From IMG/VR virus record IMGVR_UViG_3300032319_000326, positions 27,734 to 91,733 of that record: DNA of 64,000 nt, one strand, 5' to 3'. Below the pieces are notes generated by a model. The model worked only from the letters and a program-made list of their open reading frames with translations. It was not told where the DNA came from and did no database searches. Within the stretch, counting starts at the first letter, position 1, and each line of letters starts with the position of its first letter. Shown here one piece after another: positions 19,308 to 28,456 of the stretch. Source of the stretch: a virus (lineage: Duplodnaviria > Caudoviricetes). Made by a program: the position numbers and the translations under genes.

Positions 19308-21865
19308 AAAAATATGTAGTTAGAAAAAAGTATCCAGTGATTGCATACGCATCCAGTATGATTCAACAAAATCATGGCGAAGAACTTAAAGGTCATGGAT
19401 TTTTGATGTGGGATCTAAAGAGAAAAGTTTATAAACACTATGAACTAAAAAATGATTATGGCTTTTATACAATTGAAATAAATAAAGGTAAGTTAACAAC
19501 TGATATTAGTGACATCCCAAAGAAAGTTCGTATTCGTACACTTTGTTTCGAATCTATTCCATCTCAGGTAAAAGAGATTATTAATGAAGTAAAGAATAAG
19601 TGTGACATCATTGAAACTACATTCAATCGAATTGACGAACCATCAACGGATTTGACTTTAAAATCTGGCCAGATATTTGAAATTCACAACATTTTTGATG
19701 TGGATTATCAAAATAAATTAATTGAGGAAAATCTTTTATCTAAGAATGTTTCTTCCGATCTTGTCTATAAAGTCAAAGAGTTGAATAAAACTATTAATTT
19801 AGAAATACCAAAAGATAAAGCTCCAAAGAATATTCGTTGGAAACCAAAGATGTTTGAATTTGACAATATGTTTAGTTACGGAGAAGGAAACGTAATTGAC
19901 TTTACCAAATTAAAAGGCACAATTGGATTATTTGCTCCAAATGCAAGTGGCAAGTCTAGTATTATGGACGCTTTGGCATTTTGTGTATTCGATAAGTTTA
20001 GCAAAGGATATAAAGCCGTTCATGTATTGAATACTCAAAAAATGAGTTTTCGTTGTAAGTTTAATTTTGAAGTAAATGGAGTAGATTATTTCATTGAACG
20101 GGATGGTAAAGCTGATAAAAAAGGAAATGTCAAGGTTGACGTTAAGTTTTATAAGATCGAAAATGACAATGAAGTACCATTAAACGGAGAAGCTCGTCGT
20201 AGTACTAATGACATCATCAGAGATTATGTTGGTACTTACGAAGACTTTATTCTTACTGTATTAAGCATACAAAACAGTAAAGCCGGATCATTTATTGATT
20301 TGGGTCAAACAGAACGTAAAGATTTGTTGTGCCAATTTATGGGTTTAACTGTATTTGATCAGTTATATACAATTGCAAATGATAAGTTCAAAGAAACTAA
20401 CACATTACTTAAGAATATTAGTAAAGATCAGTTAATTGAGGAGTTGCAGAACGTATCTGGTAGTATAGATTTAAATAATATTAAAATATCAGAGTGCAAT
20501 GATAAAATCAAAGAGTACGAAGCTTCAAAAGAAACGTATAATAATAACTTATTAGAGTTATCTAATGACATTGTAAAAACTGCATCATTTGATTTGGATA
20601 TAACCATATTAGAATCAGAAAAGGTAAATCTTGATAACAGTATTTCTTCTTGTCAAATCGATATTGATCTTAAAAAGACTAAGTTTTCTGAAATAGAACT
20701 ACAGTTGACTGATTTGTCATCATCATTAAAAGCTTGTGAGAACATCGATGATGAATATGAACAATATAAGTCTTACAAAGATGAAGAAGTTAAAAAATCA
20801 TCCGAGATAGAAAAACTTAAAGTTGTTGTTAAGAATAAAATTGACAAACTTAAAAAGCTGGAAGATCATAAATACGATCCAAATTGTACTTATTGTACTA
20901 ATAACGTATTCGTAAAAGATGCAATCAAAACAAAAGAAGAGATTGAATCTGACAAAAACAAAGGAAAAATTTTGGTAGATGAATACAATTCTATCAAAAA
21001 GAAATTAGAATCATTTGGAGACATAGATCTTCGTTATAAAGAATGTCAGCGTGTTAATTCCGAAAAAGTTAAATTAGAAAAATCAAGAGAGATTTTATCT
21101 ACTGCAATATTGCGCGATGAAAATGTTTTGATTACTCGTCAGAACAAGTTAAAGACGGTGACAGACAATATTGATATTTTTTATAAAAACAAAGACATCA
21201 TTGAAAATAACTCCAAATTATTAAAAGAAATAAACGATGTTAAAAATATTATAAAATCAATCGAATCAGATATTAAAACTATTAATAGTCGATTGTTTTC
21301 AACTTCTACTGAAAAAGGAAAGTTGGAGCTTCAATACAAGAATACTACTGATCAACTAAATAAAGTAAAAGAGTTGGAAGATTCGTATGAGGCTTATAAG
21401 TTGTATACTAATATTATCAGTAGAGATGGTATTCCATATGAAATCATCACTAAAACTTTGCCTGAAATAGAAAAACAAGTTAATAATATTTTGCAACAAA
21501 TCGTTGAATTCTCTATCACTTTACAAACAGATGGCAAGAATATTATGACTAATATTGTTTATGACGATAAACGTTGGCCATTAGAAATGGCTAGTGGTAT
21601 GGAGAAGTTTGTTAGTGGTTTGGCTATCAGAGTAGCGTTAATCAATATTAGCAATTTACCAAGACCTAACATTATCTGCATAGACGAGGGATTTGGATGT
21701 GCTGATAGCGATCATTTGGGTCAAATGGGAGCGTTGTTTAGTTATTTGAAACATCAATTTGATTTTATTTGGATAATTAGCCATTTGGATCAGATGAGAG
21801 ATATGGTAGACGAACAAGTAGAAATAAAAAAAGAAAATGGTTTCAGTAAAGTAGTATATATTTGA
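19304..21865 (+). CDS. sbcC: SbcD C-terminal part fused to Rad50/SbcC (T4 gp46-like) ATPase
   Basis: IAYASSMIQQNHGE (SbcD late motif), Walker A APNASGKS, Zn hook CTYC, signature ASGME, Walker B ICIDEGF. Confidence 0.88.
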   Translation: MKKYVVRKKYPVIAYASSMIQQNHGEELKGHGFLMWDLKRKVYKHYELKNDYGFYTIEINKGKLTTDISDIPKKVRIRTLCFESIPSQVKEIINEVKNKCDIIETTFNRIDEPSTDLTLKSGQIFEIHNIFDVDYQNKLIEENLLSKNVSSDLVYKVKELNKTINLEIPKDKAPKNIRWKPKMFEFDNMFSYGEGNVIDFTKLKGTIGLFAPNASGKSSIMDALAFCVFDKFSKGYKAVHVLNTQKMSFRCKFNFEVNGVDYFIERDGKADKKGNVKVDVKFYKIENDNEVPLNGEARRSTNDIIRDYVGTYEDFILTVLSIQNSKAGSFIDLGQTERKDLLCQFMGLTVFDQLYTIANDKFKETNTLLKNISKDQLIEELQNVSGSIDLNNIKISECNDKIKEYEASKETYNNNLLELSNDIVKTASFDLDITILESEKVNLDNSISSCQIDIDLKKTKFSEIELQLTDLSSSLKACENIDDEYEQYKSYKDEEVKKSSEIEKLKVVVKNKIDKLKKLEDHKYDPNCTYCTNNVFVKDAIKTKEEIESDKNKGKILVDEYNSIKKKLESFGDIDLRYKECQRVNSEKVKLEKSREILSTAILRDENVLITRQNKLKTVTDNIDIFYKNKDIIENNSKLLKEINDVKNIIKSIESDIKTINSRLFSTSTEKGKLELQYKNTTDQLNKVKELEDSYEAYKLYTNIISRDGIPYEIITKTLPEIEKQVNNILQQIVEFSITLQTDGKNIMTNIVYDDKRWPLEMASGMEKFVSGLAIRVALINISNLPRPNIICIDEGFGCADSDHLGQMGALFSYLKHQFDFIWIISHLDQMRDMVDEQVEIKKENGFSKVVYI

Positions 21866-21869
21866 TATC

Positions 21870-24521
21870 ATGAAAATATTGTTTATAACACCACATTTAT
21901 CTACGGGGGGAGCTCCTCAATATCTTTTAAGAAAAATTTTAGAATTGAAGGATGCTCACGATGTATATTGTATAGAATATTCTAACATTACAGGAGGTGT
22001 ACTTGTTGTACAAAGAACTCAAATTCAAGATTTATTGGGAGATAAGCTCATAACATTATCAGACGACAAAAATGAACTAATAAATTATATAAAAACTATA
22101 AATCCGGACATTGTTCATTTAGAAGAATTACCGGAATATTTCTGTGATAGAGAGGTTTCTAAAAAACTATATTCAATAGACAGAAAATATAAAATTATAG
22201 AAACCTCACACGACAGCAGTTTTGACGTTTCTCAAAAACAATTTTTTCCGGACAGATTTGTTTTTGTGAGCCAATATCAAAAAAATTTATTTTCGTCGTT
22301 ATCAATACCATCTGATGTAATTGAATATCCAATTTTGTACAAAATAAAGTCTGATCGTGAAACTTCGTTGTCTGTTTTAGGATTAGATCCAAACAAAAGA
22401 CATTTTTTAAACGTTGGTCTATTTACTTCTAGAAAAAATCAGTCTGAAATTATAGACTATGCTAAAACGTTAATTGATGAAAATGTACAGTTTCATTTTG
22501 TAGGAAATCAGGCAGATAACTTTAAAAGTTATTGGGAGCCTTTAATGAAAAATTTTCCTTCTAATTGTAAATTCTGGGGGGAAAGAAAAGATGTAGATGT
22601 TTTTTACAATGCGATGGATGTTTTTCTTTTTACATCTAGAGGTCATAATAACGATAAAGAAACTAGTCCATTAGTTTTACGGGAGGCTATAGGGTGGAAT
22701 ATGCCTATATTGATGTATAATCTTCCTGTATATAGTGGGATGTATAATACGTATAAAAATATCACTTGGTTGACAGAAAATTATGATAATAACATTTCAC
22801 TTATAAAAAACTTTATTACAAAATTAGACGATTCTACTATAAAATCACCGATTGTAGAATCCACAAATAATATATGCGATAAGTTTGACATTTATTTTGA
22901 AAAATCAAATAAAATTGTTTTTAAATACTTAGACGATAAAACCGTAATACATTGTCATATTGTTATAAAAGATATAGATTCAAACATTCCAATTTACCAT
23001 TTCAAAAATGTATTTTGTAATAAATCTGTTTATTGGACTGTTCCGATTCCACAATATATTTGTGATTTTGAATTAGACAATTCGTTTAGAGGATTTTTAA
23101 TAGAATTTTACGATTTAGATAAAAAAATCGTAATGTCTAAAGAGCTCTTTATTAAAAAAGATCAGAAAAATGTAAAATATAAACTTAATATAGATAATCC
23201 ATTCGATTTGCTATTTCATAACTATTTGGAAATGTTTGTTAAAAAAAATTACGATTGTTATAATATTAATAATTTATCTACCGTTATAGATATAGGCGCA
23301 AATTCAGGATTATTTTCTAAACTATGTGTTGATAAAAATGTAAACCATGTATATGCTATAGAACCGAACTCAGAGTGTATGGTTAATCTTAATAGTATAT
23401 TTAAAAATGAACCACGTGTTACTATTATTAATAAAGCAATATCAAATGTTGAAGGAGACGTAGAACTTTTTACAAGTAAAGAATGTACAACTCTTGGTTC
23501 TTTAGATAAAAATCATTCAAATACAAACACAATAATACAAACGGTAAAATGTACTACATTGGAAAAAATAGTGACTGAGTTTAATATAACCTCGATTTCA
23601 TTATTAAAATTAGACGTTGAAGGAGCAGAATATTCTATACTTGAAAATTTAAGCAATAAAGTTTACGACATTACAGATTCTATTTTATTGGAATATCACG
23701 ACAATACAAATGGAAAAATTAAAAAGTTGGTAGATATTTTATCTTCTCACGGATTTAACATAACACAAGTACGTAATCATAGTAAAAATAATGAAGATAT
23801 CTCTTCTAATTATATTGATGTAGATAATGCTACAATTTATGCTACCAAACTCAAACATACGAATGTGAAGGACATTTTAAAGATTTACGATTTAGCGTAT
23901 CTTAAAAAGAATGAATTTTCTGATATTAGGGGGGTATGCCACGTAGGTTCACATTTAGGATCCGAGGTAACAGAATATGTTGAAAATGATGTGAATACAA
24001 TGATATGGGTAGAAGCCAATTATTTGATATTAAATAAGTTAATTAAAAATACATCTAAATTTGGCAAAAATCAATATTGGTTACCTTTTACATTGTATAA
24101 TAAAGACGATGTGATTAAAACGTTCAATATATCAAACAACGAAGAAAGTTCTTCGGTTTTAGATTTAGGTGAAGAACATAAAAAACAATATCCACACATT
24201 CATTATTCGAATAAAATATCAGTAATAACAAAACGATTTGATACGTATGTTAAAAACCAATCAGATTTTGATTGGTCTGATATTAATATGTTAGTAACAG
24301 ATTGTCAAGGGGCTGATTTACAAGTATTGGAAGGCTTCGGCGACTTGTTAAACTCACCTTCCTTAAAAATAATAAAAACCGAAGTAAATATTGGTGAGAT
24401 GTATAAGAATGGATCAACAAAGAATGACATAGCTAATTATTTATCAAAGTATAATTTTTATGAAAAGTATTATATGTATACGGACTACAGTTGGGGTGAT
24501 GTAATTTGGATTCGAAAATAA
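21870..24521 (+). CDS. GT-B (GT4-like) glycosyltransferase fused to two FkbM-like methyltransferase domains
   Basis: PHLSTGGAPQ, NVGLF..RKNQ, ETSPLVLREA; IDIGANSG...LKLDVEGAE; HVGSH.G.E...DCQGADL. Confidence 0.8.
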   Translation: MKILFITPHLSTGGAPQYLLRKILELKDAHDVYCIEYSNITGGVLVVQRTQIQDLLGDKLITLSDDKNELINYIKTINPDIVHLEELPEYFCDREVSKKLYSIDRKYKIIETSHDSSFDVSQKQFFPDRFVFVSQYQKNLFSSLSIPSDVIEYPILYKIKSDRETSLSVLGLDPNKRHFLNVGLFTSRKNQSEIIDYAKTLIDENVQFHFVGNQADNFKSYWEPLMKNFPSNCKFWGERKDVDVFYNAMDVFLFTSRGHNNDKETSPLVLREAIGWNMPILMYNLPVYSGMYNTYKNITWLTENYDNNISLIKNFITKLDDSTIKSPIVESTNNICDKFDIYFEKSNKIVFKYLDDKTVIHCHIVIKDIDSNIPIYHFKNVFCNKSVYWTVPIPQYICDFELDNSFRGFLIEFYDLDKKIVMSKELFIKKDQKNVKYKLNIDNPFDLLFHNYLEMFVKKNYDCYNINNLSTVIDIGANSGLFSKLCVDKNVNHVYAIEPNSECMVNLNSIFKNEPRVTIINKAISNVEGDVELFTSKECTTLGSLDKNHSNTNTIIQTVKCTTLEKIVTEFNITSISLLKLDVEGAEYSILENLSNKVYDITDSILLEYHDNTNGKIKKLVDILSSHGFNITQVRNHSKNNEDISSNYIDVDNATIYATKLKHTNVKDILKIYDLAYLKKNEFSDIRGVCHVGSHLGSEVTEYVENDVNTMIWVEANYLILNKLIKNTSKFGKNQYWLPFTLYNKDDVIKTFNISNNEESSSVLDLGEEHKKQYPHIHYSNKISVITKRFDTYVKNQSDFDWSDINMLVTDCQGADLQVLEGFGDLLNSPSLKIIKTEVNIGEMYKNGSTKNDIANYLSKYNFYEKYYMYTDYSWGDVIWIRK

Positions 24522-24525
24522 TGTT

Positions 24526-26250
24526 ATGAAATTAAGTGTTATAATACCGTGTTACAATTTTTGCGATTATATAGAAGAATGTATAAATTCTGTATTAAAC
24601 CAGATCGTAAATTTTGAGTACGAAATAATCATTAGAGACGACGGTTCAAAAGATAATACCGAACATATCGTTAAAGAAAAATTTTCTCATTTAAAAAACC
24701 TGCGATTGTTAGATTCTTCAATAAATTACGGAGTTTCACACAATCCTTTAATTCTAAATAAAGAATGTGTTGGAGAATATGTTTTTTATATAGATGGAGA
24801 TGATTACTTGCTAGATCGTGATTATTTACAACGAGCTGTTGATTTTCTTGATAATAATAAAAATTATGTGGTATACTCGTCTGGATGTAAATATAAAGAA
24901 AATGACACGATATATCCCGAGACACAGTGGGTATGTAGTGCACTTAACATCGTCACTTTAAAAGATCTATTAATAACAAATTATATTTGTTTTGGTAGAG
25001 TATACAGAAAATTACAAATAGAATCATTTGATAAATTTATAAACTTCCCATATCCCGACTGGATTTTTAATTTCGAATTATTAAAAAATGGAGATGGTTA
25101 TTGTGATAATAGTAGATGGGTGGGAATATATAGATTCAGAGATGGGAGTGTGTTCAGTAAAAAAACGCCGGAAGAAAAGTATTTAAATAATGAAATAATA
25201 AAAAGAGAATTAGAGCGTCGTTATGTTAAACATACATCTAAAATACTAACCATAATTGATAGTTTTGTTCACAATGAATCTATTAAAAATAAACTAAAAA
25301 ATACACTAAATTGGATGCGTGAAGATGAACATGAAGTTTTGCTTATATCTAATACTCAGATTGACAAAAATATAATAGAAAACGTAAATTATTACATATA
25401 CGACAGTAATAATAGATTGTTTACAAACACATATACTAATTTACCATATTTAGATTCTTGGAAATTAATAGGCGATATGTATCTACACGATATATCGTTC
25501 AGTCTTCAAAAACATGGATTATCCGTTTTAGTTAATTTGTTCAATGTTCTCGCATACGCTAAATCTTTGGGTTATACACATTTTCAACGATTCGAAGTGG
25601 ATGATCTTTATGGACCCGAATCACGAAAGTATATAAAAAATGTTCCTGTGGAATGTTTTTTACAGAACAAACGGGGGTTGTTTTATTATAACGATTCTAA
25701 CTTTCCACCTGATATATCATTTCACTATTTTTATTGTGATATAGATTATTTTTTGTCAAAAATTCATAAAATAACATGTGAATCAGATTATAAAAAATAT
25801 CTATTAGAATTCTACAATAATCAAGATTTTAAAATCGTAGAAGTTTTTATATACGATTGTTTAAAAAAGAATTTGGACGACGAGATTTTAAAAAAATCCG
25901 GAGGGCAACAAATGTTGATTGATTTTAACGATACTGTCTGGAATACAGAAACTTCTATTTCTAATTATCATTCCAAATATAAAGGATGCACTACTAAACT
26001 TTATAAATACAATGACGATTATATACTATTAACACACAATTATACAAATCAAGAAATTCAGAGATCCATACGTGTAGAATATGTGGATAATAGTTCTACA
26101 AACATTATTCACACAGTATTGTGTATAAACGCTTGGAATTTTAACCATTTGCCTAAAAATATAAAAAATATATCTGTGTATCAAGATGGAACTTTAATGT
26201 ATACTGAAAACGTAAATGACGTTCATAGTTACATAACTAGAAAAAATTAA
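24526..26250 (+). CDS. GT2-family glycosyltransferase with additional C-terminal domain
   Basis: SVIIPCYN, DDGSKD and IDGDD motifs. Confidence 0.8.
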   Translation: MKLSVIIPCYNFCDYIEECINSVLNQIVNFEYEIIIRDDGSKDNTEHIVKEKFSHLKNLRLLDSSINYGVSHNPLILNKECVGEYVFYIDGDDYLLDRDYLQRAVDFLDNNKNYVVYSSGCKYKENDTIYPETQWVCSALNIVTLKDLLITNYICFGRVYRKLQIESFDKFINFPYPDWIFNFELLKNGDGYCDNSRWVGIYRFRDGSVFSKKTPEEKYLNNEIIKRELERRYVKHTSKILTIIDSFVHNESIKNKLKNTLNWMREDEHEVLLISNTQIDKNIIENVNYYIYDSNNRLFTNTYTNLPYLDSWKLIGDMYLHDISFSLQKHGLSVLVNLFNVLAYAKSLGYTHFQRFEVDDLYGPESRKYIKNVPVECFLQNKRGLFYYNDSNFPPDISFHYFYCDIDYFLSKIHKITCESDYKKYLLEFYNNQDFKIVEVFIYDCLKKNLDDEILKKSGGQQMLIDFNDTVWNTETSISNYHSKYKGCTTKLYKYNDDYILLTHNYTNQEIQRSIRVEYVDNSSTNIIHTVLCINAWNFNHLPKNIKNISVYQDGTLMYTENVNDVHSYITRKN

Positions 26251-26252
26251 TA

Positions 26253-28367
26253 ATGAATATTGTACAAGTACATCCTGGACTGTTGCCGATTCCACCAAAC
26301 GGATGGGGTGCCGTGGAAAAAATAATATGGGAATATAAAACATCGTTTGAAAAATTAGGTCACACGTGTGATATTTTGTATCTTAATGATATCGACTTTT
26401 CAAAATATGACGTTGTTCATGTTCATGTAGCTAATTTGGCAATCATGATTAGAGATAAAAATATTCCTTATTATTTTACGTGTCATGATCATCACGCTTA
26501 TTTATATGGTAAAGAAAGTGATGTTTTTAAAGAAAATTATGAAGCCGCTAAATTTTCTTTAAAAACTTTTGTTCCTGCTAAATATTTAGTTGATTATTTT
26601 GATTTGAAAAATGTTTTTTATTTAAGTCATGGGGTCAACAACTCTTTTTTTAAACCCAGTGATCGTTCTATAGATAATCATAAGTTGTTATGTGTAGCTA
26701 ATAACGGTATATCACACGATAACTCGTATGATCGAAAAGGATTTTCGTATGCAATAAAAGCAGCTGAATTCTTAAAATTACCAATTACAATAGTTGGTCC
26801 TGATAATAACCGACATTTCTTTGATAAATTTAACAGTGATTACGATAAATTAACCATAAAATATAATTTAAATGAAACTGATTTATTAAAAGAATATCAT
26901 TCACATAGTATATTTTTACATCTATCAGATTTAGAAGCCGGACATCCAAATCTGACATTGTTAGAAGCGATTGGATGTGGATTACCAATAGTAGGTACTT
27001 TTGAAAATAATAATGTACTGGGCGGATTATATCCAGTAGACAGAAATATGTCTGATGTAGTAAACGGAATAAATTATGTTATTTCTAATTATGAAGAATT
27101 CAAAAACCAATGTTTATCTTCAGCTAAAGTTAAAAACTGGGATAATATAATCATAAATTTATTAAATCTGTACAGTGAAAATATGATGTCTTGTAAGTTA
27201 ATAAATTTATACAACAAAACAAATATAACTTATAAATCTTCAGTTGATCCTAAAAACAGATTTATTTTTAATTTTAATAACGGTCCCAAAGTTGAAATCT
27301 TGGGTGAGAATTCAAAACACTACAATGTTAAAATGATAGATTTAAATTCGAATCAAATCATGTATGACACAAATATTACAAATAACATGTGGTGTACGAC
27401 AAATAAAAAATATTATATACCATGGCAAATTGAAATAACTCAATTAGACACAGATGAAAAATTTGTTTATAAATTGAATTTAAAAGATGTCAGAGTTAAG
27501 ATAATTAACGAATCGCCTTCTTTGGGAGATTATATATCTTGGATTTCATACATCGATAAATTTCAAAAAGAGCACGGATGTATAGTTGATTTTTTCACTC
27601 CAAATAAAAACTTGTTTAAAACGTCGTATAAAAATTTAAACTTTTATAATTACAACGAATCTTCTAACGTAACATATTTCGCTACCTATAGAATAGGATG
27701 TTTTGAACCAACAAATAGAGACTTGTCTCCCACAGATTATAGAGAACAAAATTTACAACAAATTGCAGCGAACATACTAGGATTCAAATATGTTGAAATA
27801 GTTCCTAATATTGATGTAGTCTATACTGACAGAAAGTTAAAAGAAAAATATGTTTGTATTTCAACCGCCTCAACGTCAGGATGTAAACATTGGCATCATG
27901 AAAATGGATGGCAAAAAGTAGTAGATTATTTAAATCAAATGGGATTTAAAGTAGTGGTGATACAAAAAGAACCTTTAAATTATATGGATTTAAATGATTT
28001 ACATAACGTTATACATCCGAAAACAGAAAACGTCGATGATGCAATTAATTGGTTGATTAATTGTGAATTTTTTATAGGTTTAAGTTCCGGTATAAGTTGG
28101 TTAGCGTGGGCTTTAAAAAAACCAGTCATAATGATAAGTGGATTTACAAAAACGTTTAATGAATTTAATACTCCTTATAGATTAACAAACGAATCGGTTT
28201 GTAATGGTTGTTGGAATAATTCGTTGTATAAATTAGACGGGGGAGATTGGAATTGGTGTCCTGTAAACAAAAATAATGATGATCGATTTATTTGTAGTAA
28301 ATCTATTACTGCTGATAAAGTTTTAAAAACTATAGATAAATTGGTTTTAGAAAAAAATATTGGTTAA
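26253..28367 (+). CDS. GT4-like glycosyltransferase fused to autotransporter O-heptosyltransferase-like (Aah/TibC) domain
   Basis: IPPNGWGAVEK, EAGHPNLTLLEA; SLGD..W, FIGLSSGISWLAWA, ISGF, CNGCWN...WCP...C.K.IT. Confidence 0.75.
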   Translation: MNIVQVHPGLLPIPPNGWGAVEKIIWEYKTSFEKLGHTCDILYLNDIDFSKYDVVHVHVANLAIMIRDKNIPYYFTCHDHHAYLYGKESDVFKENYEAAKFSLKTFVPAKYLVDYFDLKNVFYLSHGVNNSFFKPSDRSIDNHKLLCVANNGISHDNSYDRKGFSYAIKAAEFLKLPITIVGPDNNRHFFDKFNSDYDKLTIKYNLNETDLLKEYHSHSIFLHLSDLEAGHPNLTLLEAIGCGLPIVGTFENNNVLGGLYPVDRNMSDVVNGINYVISNYEEFKNQCLSSAKVKNWDNIIINLLNLYSENMMSCKLINLYNKTNITYKSSVDPKNRFIFNFNNGPKVEILGENSKHYNVKMIDLNSNQIMYDTNITNNMWCTTNKKYYIPWQIEITQLDTDEKFVYKLNLKDVRVKIINESPSLGDYISWISYIDKFQKEHGCIVDFFTPNKNLFKTSYKNLNFYNYNESSNVTYFATYRIGCFEPTNRDLSPTDYREQNLQQIAANILGFKYVEIVPNIDVVYTDRKLKEKYVCISTASTSGCKHWHHENGWQKVVDYLNQMGFKVVVIQKEPLNYMDLNDLHNVIHPKTENVDDAINWLINCEFFIGLSSGISWLAWALKKPVIMISGFTKTFNEFNTPYRLTNESVCNGCWNNSLYKLDGGDWNWCPVNKNNDDRFICSKSITADKVLKTIDKLVLEKNIG

Positions 28368-28415
28368 AATTTAAAAAGATATAATAAATAGTTTAATCTT
28401 GACTTTTTTCTGTTA

Positions 28416-28423
28416 TATTTATT
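28416..28423 (+). promoter_or_regulatory. Putative phage late-promoter element TATTTAT(A/T) (representative copy)
   Basis: Same motif upstream of many genes: 12634, 13425, 16082, 32505, 34419, 37126, 44827, 50152, 51679, 57606, 59864. Confidence 0.6.
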
Positions 28424-28456
28424 GATTAAATATAACTTTGAAAGGATATTAATATT

